32,000 nt of DNA from Candidatus Electrothrix sp. GW3-4. Its GTDB lineage: Bacteria; Desulfobacterota; Desulfobulbia; Desulfobulbales; Desulfobulbaceae. The notes under the pieces were generated by a model that was given only the letters and a program-made list of their open reading frames with translations, made no database searches and was not told the origin of the DNA. Shown piece by piece: positions 1 to 6,105 of this stretch. Position 1 is the stretch's first letter. Each line of letters begins with the position of its first letter. The position numbers and the translations under genes are program-made. The stretch covers positions 1,290,001 to 1,322,000 of the forward strand of contig NZ_CP147990.1 in the NCBI RefSeq assembly GCF_037902255.1, in the 5' to 3' direction.

Positions 1-1053
1 CCGAACCCGCCTCCTCGTCTCCGGTCGCCGGATGGTTATGCCGGGAAGTACAGCAAGGAGCAGTCCCTGCACTGGCTGCATTGTCTGGCACGATGGATGC
101 AGTCAGAAAACACGGTGGCTTTGCAGATTGATGAACTCCAGCCGAGTATTTTGAAGGGGTATTGGCGGTTCGGGCTTCTCTATGGGCTATTTTACGCTCT
201 GGCTTTTGGTCTGATGTTCTCGCTGTATGACGGGCCGAGATTAGGGGCAGTAGCCGGACTGGCTGCATGGCTGCTTTACGGCCTGCCCGGCTGCTTACCA
301 CGGCAATGGCTGACAAAAATTAAAATCATCACCGGGCTGTCCTGGGGAGGGTTCGGTTTGCTGGCGTACGGGCCGGTATTCGGTCTAATGCTCGGGCTGG
401 TCTTTATGCTGATAGCGCATAACGAGCAGATCTGGATTTATCCCCTCAACTCTGTCCGTTTTCCTGCCTTCTTTCGAGTCGTTGATCGGTCGTTTGCTTT
501 AGCTTTCGGTCTGCTCTTAGGGCTGGTTTTCGGTCTGATTCAGGCGGGAATATTCGACCCGTGGCTATTGCTGGCCTTCACGTCGGCTTTAGGGCTGGGT
601 CTCATCCTGCTTGTCGGAATGGCTGAGGGACTAAGAATGGTGGGCAATAGGCTCCGCAGAACTGTCCGGATCCAAGACCGACTCAATGAGGCAAAGCTCA
701 GCAGTCTGCTGCTCTTGCCGCTCTTCCTTCTTGCAGCCATGCTGGTCTTTGTCCAAGTTCTCTTGCTCGCTGAAGAGCAAGGGATAGCTGTCAGTCCTTT
801 TTTCACATTGCGCAATTTGTATTTGGTTTTGTTCATGGCGGGAATCGGTAGTTTTTTTCTCCTCGGTACCAACGAAGTCCTCCAACATTATCTTCTTCGC
901 CTCTGTCTTTGGCAGGAAAAACAACTCCCCCTACGCCTCGTCCCTTGGCTGGCGGCTGTTCACCAGCGTAAGGTGCTGCAACGGGCAGGCGGCAGCTACC
1001 ATTTCCTGCATAAACAGCTTCAGGAATATCTGGCAAAGCAGCAGGCTCTGTGA
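1..1053 (+). CDS. 3' part of a larger protein (5' end outside the window): STAND/NACHT-like closing motif plus a polytopic membrane region
   Basis: Frame 1 is open from nt 1 (PNPPPRLRSPDGYAGKYSKEQSLHWLHCLARW precedes the listed Met at 97), so the ORF is cut by the window edge. It has about 8 hydrophobic helices with reiterated (A)FGLxxGLVFGL motifs. It ends ...GGSYHFLHKQLQEYLAKQQAL, resembling the F-x-H-x-x-x-QEYLAA motif that closes NACHT/STAND modules. Confidence 0.6.
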   Translation, partial: PNPPPRLRSPDGYAGKYSKEQSLHWLHCLARWMQSENTVALQIDELQPSILKGYWRFGLLYGLFYALAFGLMFSLYDGPRLGAVAGLAAWLLYGLPGCLPRQWLTKIKIITGLSWGGFGLLAYGPVFGLMLGLVFMLIAHNEQIWIYPLNSVRFPAFFRVVDRSFALAFGLLLGLVFGLIQAGIFDPWLLLAFTSALGLGLILLVGMAEGLRMVGNRLRRTVRIQDRLNEAKLSSLLLLPLFLLAAMLVFVQVLLLAEEQGIAVSPFFTLRNLYLVLFMAGIGSFFLLGTNEVLQHYLLRLCLWQEKQLPLRLVPWLAAVHQRKVLQRAGGSYHFLHKQLQEYLAKQQAL

Positions 1054-1095
1054 CGGAATGATGCAGCAGTACAAAGATGATGTTTTTTTAAACCG

Positions 1096-1131
1096 ATAAC
1101 CTCAACCTTACACAACATCATGAACAAAATG
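1096..1131 (+). repeat. Left copy of a 36-nt direct repeat (ATAACCTCAACCTTACACAACATCATGAaCAAAATG)
   Basis: Matches 1831-1866 at 35 of 36 positions by hand alignment (A at 1124 versus G at 1859). Confidence 0.9.
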
Positions 1132-1179
1132 CACCAACCCTTCGGTAAACGGATCGAAACTATACTCATTACGTTATGA
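1120..1179 (+). CDS. 19-codon leader ORF (MNKMHQPFGKRIETILITL) created by the duplicated start region; its stop overlaps the PIN start codon
   Basis: The ATG lies inside the left repeat and is the duplicate of the 1855 start codon. TGA at 1177-1179 overlaps ATG at 1176-1178 (ATGA). Too short for the ORF track. Whether it is translated is unknown. Confidence 0.3.
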   Translation: MNKMHQPFGKRIETILITL

Positions 1180-1658
1180 ACAAAGAATTCGTCTACCTTG
1201 AAACAAGTTTTGTCAGTTATCTCACTGCCCGACCAAGCAGAGATCTTATCGTCTCCGCCCATCAGACTATAAGCCAGGAGTGGTGGGAGCAAAGAAGAAG
1301 CTGTTTTGAAATCGTTATATCCGAAATCGTTGCAGAGGAAGCAGGGCAGGGGCACCCGGAAGCGGCACAGAGACGGTTGGACCTTCTCAGGGACATTCCT
1401 TTTATAGCTGTAACCGAAGAAGCGCTTGACTTTGCGGACAAGCTGATCCAAAGTGGAGCTGTTCCCCAAAAAGCGGCGCAGGATGCTCTGCACATCGCTG
1501 TCTGTTGTGTGAACAATGTGGATTTCCTGCTGACTTGGAACTGCAAGCATATTGCCAATGCAGAGAAAAGAGAAAGTATTCGGACTGCCGCTGTTGAGCA
1601 TGGCCTTATTGCACCGGTTATCTGTACCCCGGAAGAACTATTCGGAGATGAATTATGA
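1176..1658 (+). CDS. PIN-like nuclease, putative toxin of a VapC-type TA module
   Basis: 160 aa. The N-terminal YLETSFVSYL, EEA, DALHIA and LLTWNCKHIAN spacing fits the acidic-residue pattern of a PIN-like family I recall from cyanobacteria and deltaproteobacteria. The long antisense ORFs (1020-1601, 1262-1840) look spurious. Confidence 0.75.
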   Translation: MNKEFVYLETSFVSYLTARPSRDLIVSAHQTISQEWWEQRRSCFEIVISEIVAEEAGQGHPEAAQRRLDLLRDIPFIAVTEEALDFADKLIQSGAVPQKAAQDALHIAVCCVNNVDFLLTWNCKHIANAEKRESIRTAAVEHGLIAPVICTPEELFGDEL

Positions 1659-1834
1659 TGGAAGACCCTATTGTAAAAGAAACACGAAAAATACGAGAGC
1701 AGATAGCCTCGGAACACAAATACGATGTGTATAAACTGGGTCGGTATTTCATGCGGAAGCAGCAGGTCGGACAACGGGTCTTTGTCACAATTCCACCTAA
1801 GATCGTCAAAAGGAGGTCCGTCCTCACCCCATAA
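1655..1834 (+). CDS. 59-aa small protein, putative cognate partner (antitoxin-like) of the PIN protein
   Basis: Hand translation: MMEDPIVKETRKIREQIASEHKYDVYKLGRYFMRKQQVGQRVFVTIPPKIVKRRSVLTP. The ATG overlaps the PIN stop (ATGA at 1655-1658). GGAG sits at 1644-1647. It is one residue under the 60-aa ORF-track cutoff. Confidence 0.6.
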   Translation: MMEDPIVKETRKIREQIASEHKYDVYKLGRYFMRKQQVGQRVFVTIPPKIVKRRSVLTP

Positions 1835-1866
1835 CCTCAACCTTACACAACATCATGAGCAAAATG
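1831..1866 (+). repeat. Right copy of the 36-nt direct repeat
   Basis: Contains the stop codon of the 59-aa ORF (1832-1834) and the first four codons of the 1855 gene. Confidence 0.9.
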
Positions 1867-2175
1867 ACAGAAGCGAAAAAACGGGATTTTGTTACGCAGA
1901 TCATCACTCTTGTTGAAGAAAATCAGGAGGTGTTGACCGACAAAGGCTTTGACCCCGCTGAACGGGTTGATGAGCTGAAGACCAAGAAAAATACTGCCGA
2001 CACAGCGGAAATCGCGCAGCAGGAAGCGGCGGCCAAGGCGAAAGAGGCCACGGCTCAGGCCAATCTCACCCTGGATGACGCCTATAAAGACGCCTCCGAT
2101 TTTGCCGACCTGATTTCCGGCCTGCTGGGCAAGGATGACGAGCTGGTCAAGAAGATGCGGAAGTTCCGCAAATAG
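1855..2175 (+). CDS. Hypothetical 106-aa charged, predicted helical/coiled-coil protein
   Basis: Clean ORF with Lys/Glu/Ala-rich composition (AEIAQQEAAAKAKEATAQANL). The antisense ORF 1843-2244 looks less protein-like. No family recognised. Confidence 0.55.
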   Translation: MSKMTEAKKRDFVTQIITLVEENQEVLTDKGFDPAERVDELKTKKNTADTAEIAQQEAAAKAKEATAQANLTLDDAYKDASDFADLISGLLGKDDELVKKMRKFRK

Positions 2176-2218
2176 CTCCCCCAAGTACGCATTCCCATCC
2201 CCCTGTTCCGCAACGTTC

Positions 2219-2448
2219 ACCCTAAGGGGATTGTCTTTGGTCACAGAGGGCGCGGCCTTATCCCCTAGTGACGCATAATCATCCCCAGGGGGCGCAAGGT
2301 AATCCCCTTATGACGAAAGACCGTCCCCCAGGGGATTATGTCCGGTCACAGGGAGCGAGGTCTTATCCCCTAGTGACGCACGATTACCCCCAAGGGGAGA
2401 AGGGGTATCCCCCGGTGACGCATAGTGACCCCAAGGACGCAGGAGCGG
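2219..2448. repeat. Intergenic repeat array: about two 105-bp units containing four copies of a 17-nt motif (TATCCCCnnGTGACGCA) and interleaved CCCC-n-GGGG mini-palindromes
   Basis: Motif copies at 2259-2275, 2301-2317, 2364-2380 and 2406-2422, giving spacings of 42, 63 and 42 nt. The units starting at 2239 and 2344 align well over roughly their first 80 nt by hand. Confidence 0.8.
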
Positions 2449-2509
2449 AAAAGGCGTGGAGAGCACGTCGTATTTCAGGACAGGAATACCTGACAGAAAG
2501 ATAGTAGTG

Positions 2510-3352
2510 ATGAAACCCCAGCAAGACGATTATCAAGAGAAAAGACCTTCCCATGCCCCTTGGCGAGGCAGATTGCATGAAGTAATCTTCGAAGCCGATA
2601 CTCCGGCCGGGAAAGGATTTGACGTAGTACTGATCGGCTGCATTCTGATCAGCGTCATGACGGTTATGCTGGACAGTATTGACCTGTTCCGCGCCCAGCA
2701 TGGCATCCTGCTCTACAGGATAGAATGGATTTTTACCCTTCTTTTTACCGGAGAATATATTTTACGATTGCTTTGTGTCGGCAGGCCGCTCAAATATGCG
2801 ATCAGCTTTTACGGGGTGATCGATCTGCTCGCAATCATTCCGACCTACGTTAGCCTGTTGCTGCCCGGAACGCAGTATTTGCTGGTTATCAGGATTCTAC
2901 GGATACTCCGCATCTTTCGTGTTCTGAAGCTGGCAACCTACCTCGGTGAGGCAAATCTGCTTGCCAAGGCACTTCAGGCGAGCAGGCGCAAGATTTTCGT
3001 CTTTCTCTTCACCGTATTTACCCTGGTTGTCATCTTCGGCTCACTGATGTATGTCATTGAGGGGGGAGAAAATGGGTTTACCAGTATCCCGCGCAGCATC
3101 TACTGGGCAATCGTGACCATGACCACTGTCGGATACGGGGATATTTCACCGCAGACCATAGTTGGTCAGGCATTTTCTTCAATAGTTATGATTCTCGGTT
3201 ATGGGATTATCGCCGTGCCCACAGGCATTGTAACGGTGGAAATGTCGCAGACTTTCAGCCGTAAGGTATCAACTCAGACCTGTCTGCAATGTAGCGCTGA
3301 GGGGCACGATACAGATGCCAGGTACTGCAAATTCTGCGGGGCAGAGCTGTAA
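2510..3352 (+). CDS. Voltage-gated (Kv-type, 6-TM) potassium channel with a C-terminal zinc-ribbon tail
   Basis: S4 has Arg at every third position (RILRILRIFRVLK). Pore signature TMTTVGYGD. C-terminus CLQCSAEGHDTDARYCKFCGAEL. Start placed at ATG 2510 (MKPQQDD) because 2456-2509 extends toward the repeat array; GTG 2507 or 2456 remain possible. Confidence 0.88.
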   Translation: MKPQQDDYQEKRPSHAPWRGRLHEVIFEADTPAGKGFDVVLIGCILISVMTVMLDSIDLFRAQHGILLYRIEWIFTLLFTGEYILRLLCVGRPLKYAISFYGVIDLLAIIPTYVSLLLPGTQYLLVIRILRILRIFRVLKLATYLGEANLLAKALQASRRKIFVFLFTVFTLVVIFGSLMYVIEGGENGFTSIPRSIYWAIVTMTTVGYGDISPQTIVGQAFSSIVMILGYGIIAVPTGIVTVEMSQTFSRKVSTQTCLQCSAEGHDTDARYCKFCGAEL

Positions 3353-3541
3353 TATTACCTCTTCTTCCGGATCGCCTTCCTTTCCCCATGAAAAAATCAG
3401 GGCATTTTTCTGCCCGATCATGTTTAATGGGCCGCAGATAATTCATACATAAATAAGGTTCGCGCGAACGGCGCATTCATTTTTTATATAAAAAGAGCTG
3501 GCGGCTCACCCAAGTCGCCAACCAGCTTTCATACTTTGTTG

Positions 3542-3554
3542 TGACCATAGGTCA
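3542..3554. promoter_or_regulatory. Perfect 13-nt palindrome TGACC-ATA-GGTCA 40 nt upstream of the aconitase start; possible operator
   Basis: Read directly from the sequence. No regulator is assigned. Confidence 0.25.
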
Positions 3555-3593
3555 TGGCCGTTAGATATTTTTTAGTTTTAAGGAGAATTTGTT

Positions 3594-5525
3594 ATGGGAC
3601 AAACCGTTGCGGAAAAAATACTGGCTGCTCATCTGATTGAGGGCGAGTTGAAAAAAGGTGAAGAAATCGGGTTGCGTATTGATCAGACCCTGACCCAGGA
3701 TGCCACCGGCACCATGGCCTATCTGGAATTCGAGGCTATCGGTATTCCTCGTGTCCAGACCGAGCTGTCAGTGAGCTATGTGGATCATAATATGCTCCAG
3801 TCGGATTTCAAAAATGCCGACGACCACATCTTTTTGCAGGGAACGGCCCGCAAATTCGGTCTCCACTTTTCCCCGCCCGGCAACGGCATTTGTCATCAGG
3901 TCCATCTGGAGCGTTTTGGTGTGCCCGGTAAAACCCTGCTGGGCTCTGACTCCCACACCCCGACTGGCGGAGGCATGGGCATGCTGGCTATGGGAGCTGG
4001 CGGTCTCGATGTGGCTATGGCCATGGCCGGTAAACCCTTCTATCTGGTTATGCCGAAGATCTACGGCATCAAACTCACCGGCAAGCTGCAGCCCTGGGTT
4101 GCGGCCCGTGATGTCCTGCTGGAAGTCCTGCGTCAGCTCACGGTCAAGGGCGGGGTAGGGTATATTATGGAGTACTTCGGACCGGGTGTAGCTGAGCTGA
4201 GCCTGACCGATCGGGCAACCATCACCAACTTCGGTGCTGAGTTGGGTGCCACCTCTTCAGTCTTTCCGTCTGACGAAAATACCCGCAAATACCTGGCCGC
4301 CCAAGGCCGGGAAGAGCAATGGCATGAGCTGGTAGCCGATTCTAATGCCGAGTATGACGAGGTGCTGGAGATCGACATGTCCACCCTGGAGCCCATGATC
4401 GCCTGCCCGTCCTCGCCGGATAACGTGGTTAAGGTCAGTGAGGTTGCTGGCAAGCCTGTGGCTCAGGTCCTGATCGGTTCCTGTACCAACTCCTCCCTGC
4501 GTGACCTGACTGCTGCGGCAAAGATCATGGAAGGCAGAGAAGTGTCTCGGGATGTGAGCTTTGAGGTTAATCCCGGCAGCCGCCAGGCCCTTGAGAATTT
4601 GACTGCCCAAGGAGATGTGATGCCGCTGCTCAAGGCCGGGGCTCGAATTCATCAGTCCGGTTGTCTCGGTTGTATCGGCATGGGACAGGCGCCACCTACT
4701 GGTATGAATTCCCTGCGGACCTTTTCTCGTAATTTCCCTGGGCGTTCCGGTAATAAAGGCGATCAGGTCTATTTGTGTAGCCCGGAGGTTGCCGCAGCCT
4801 CTGCTATCAAGGGGGTAATTACCGACCCTCGTGATCTGGGAGAATACCCCGCTTTCACCCTGCCAGACAGCTACTTGCCCGGTGACGAGCGCATCGAAAA
4901 GCCCTTGGCCGAGGAAGAGAGTGCCAAGGTGGATATCGTGCGCGGCCCCAATATTGCGCCTTTTCCTGAATTCAGCGCACTGCCGGATACCTGGAAGGGT
5001 AGGGTGGTCCTGAAATTAGCTGACAATATCACCACAGATCATATTATGCCTGCGGGTGCCGCTATCCTGCCCTTACGCAGCAATATCCCGGCCATCAGCG
5101 AGTTTGTTTTCTCTCAGGTGACGGACAGTTTTTCTGCGGATATCAAGGCAATCACTGACTCGGGATACTTCGGAGCGGTCATCGGCGGTGATAACTACGG
5201 TCAGGGGTCCAGCCGTGAGCATGCGGCCTTGGCCCCACGCTATCTCGGGGTGCAGGTGAAGCTGGTCAAGAGCTTTGCCCGTATTCATAAGGCCAACCTG
5301 ATCAATTTCGGTATCCTGCCCCTGACTTTTGTTGATCCCGAAGATTACGACAAGGTGGAGCAGGGGAGCGAGATAGTGATTCCCGGCATTCGCGAGGCTG
5401 TGGCCTCTGGTGCGGAGATCATTACGGTGGAGATCAATGGCAAGCCTGTTCAGGTCCGCTGTGAGCTTTCCACACGGCATCGGGAGATCATGGTGGCAGG
5501 TGGTTTGTTGAACTGGGCCAGATAA
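3594..5525 (+). CDS. Aconitate hydratase (about 640-aa Aquifex-type aconitase)
   Basis: Motifs DQTLTQDATG and GSDSHT, cluster cysteines in IGSCTNS and GCLGCIGMG, and swivel-domain NYGQGSSREHAA. AAGGAG lies 8 nt upstream of the ATG. Confidence 0.93.
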   Translation: MGQTVAEKILAAHLIEGELKKGEEIGLRIDQTLTQDATGTMAYLEFEAIGIPRVQTELSVSYVDHNMLQSDFKNADDHIFLQGTARKFGLHFSPPGNGICHQVHLERFGVPGKTLLGSDSHTPTGGGMGMLAMGAGGLDVAMAMAGKPFYLVMPKIYGIKLTGKLQPWVAARDVLLEVLRQLTVKGGVGYIMEYFGPGVAELSLTDRATITNFGAELGATSSVFPSDENTRKYLAAQGREEQWHELVADSNAEYDEVLEIDMSTLEPMIACPSSPDNVVKVSEVAGKPVAQVLIGSCTNSSLRDLTAAAKIMEGREVSRDVSFEVNPGSRQALENLTAQGDVMPLLKAGARIHQSGCLGCIGMGQAPPTGMNSLRTFSRNFPGRSGNKGDQVYLCSPEVAAASAIKGVITDPRDLGEYPAFTLPDSYLPGDERIEKPLAEEESAKVDIVRGPNIAPFPEFSALPDTWKGRVVLKLADNITTDHIMPAGAAILPLRSNIPAISEFVFSQVTDSFSADIKAITDSGYFGAVIGGDNYGQGSSREHAALAPRYLGVQVKLVKSFARIHKANLINFGILPLTFVDPEDYDKVEQGSEIVIPGIREAVASGAEIITVEINGKPVQVRCELSTRHREIMVAGGLLNWAR

Positions 5526-5746
5526 GAAGAGGGAAATTTTCGGTTATTTTTTGAGTGTTTTGTTGCTAGAGAAGCCATAAAAACAACCGGTAGTAAAAAT
5601 GATACTTATTGAAAATATTAGATAATTTTATATTTTCTTTAATTTAATGATAAAACGTATCTTTTTTATGTAGTTTTGTTTTTCTTGTCTTGTACTGTAA
5701 AAAAAACTGAACAGGTTGAAAAAGAGGGTGAATATTTTTTTAGGTG

Positions 5747-5777
5747 AAACAAGGGATGGTATCCCCTTTGTTTTTTT
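5747..5777 (+). terminator. Rho-independent terminator-like hairpin followed by T7
   Basis: AAACAAGGGAT-GGT-ATCCCCTTTGT is an imperfect stem, followed by TTTTTTT. It lies 222 nt after the aconitase stop. Confidence 0.5.
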
Positions 5778-5863
5778 GGATATTATGTTTGTTTTTCTTT
5801 TTTCTGATACAGGTGGTACGCTCTGTGCATTAAATAGGGTGTTCTTCATCTCTTCTTTTTTGG

Positions 5864-5900
5864 CCGGCTCTTCCTCTTTTGGTTGAGCCGGTTTTTTTTT
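5864..5900 (+). terminator. Rho-independent terminator-like hairpin followed by T9
   Basis: CCGGCTC (5864-5870) pairs with GAGCCGG (5885-5891) around a 14-nt loop, followed by nine T. No listed plus-strand ORF lies directly upstream. Confidence 0.6.
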
Positions 5901-6105
5901 ATTCTGCTCTCCCTCAATTTCTGATACAATCCTTCCAACTTGGCCTCTTTTTAAAATAGGATACAATGACCGGGAAGCAGTTTGTATTTTTTCTGAGCAT
6001 TGCATGCGCGATAAAGGTATGCTAGAAAAGATTGAACCATCTTGCCAGTTTTTGCAGGTAATTAGCTTGTCTGGGACGTATTTTTTTCATCTCTAAACAT
6101 GACTC

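Noticed and set aside
1020-2244. Minus-strand ORFs 1020-1601, 1262-1840 and 1843-2244
   Set aside because: They are antisense to the PIN gene, its partner and the 106-aa gene. The plus-strand products have coherent motifs and coupled start/stop overlaps; these ORFs do not.
2219-2448. Possible CRISPR array (also considered for 30078-30180)
   Set aside because: The repeat units are 17 nt or contiguous 24-mers with no unique spacers of comparable length, the copies are degenerate, and there are no cas genes in the window.
2268-2504. 78-aa Pro/Gly-rich ORF with apparent peptide repeats (PLVTHDYPQG...)
   Set aside because: The peptide periodicity only mirrors the DNA repeat array. The ORF has no ribosome-binding site, so I treat the region as non-coding.
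5628-6005. 125-aa minus-strand ORF in the AT-rich island
   Set aside because: The translation is Lys-rich and low-complexity, as expected from A/T runs. There is no Shine-Dalgarno sequence, and the ORF spans two plus-strand terminator hairpins. A genuine disordered basic protein cannot be fully excluded.
6030-6060. Sigma54-like promoter (TGGCAA-N5-TTCAA on the minus strand; GCCAG..TTGCA on the plus strand)
   Set aside because: The invariant -12 GC (minus strand) or -24 GG (plus strand) is missing, so neither match is credible.
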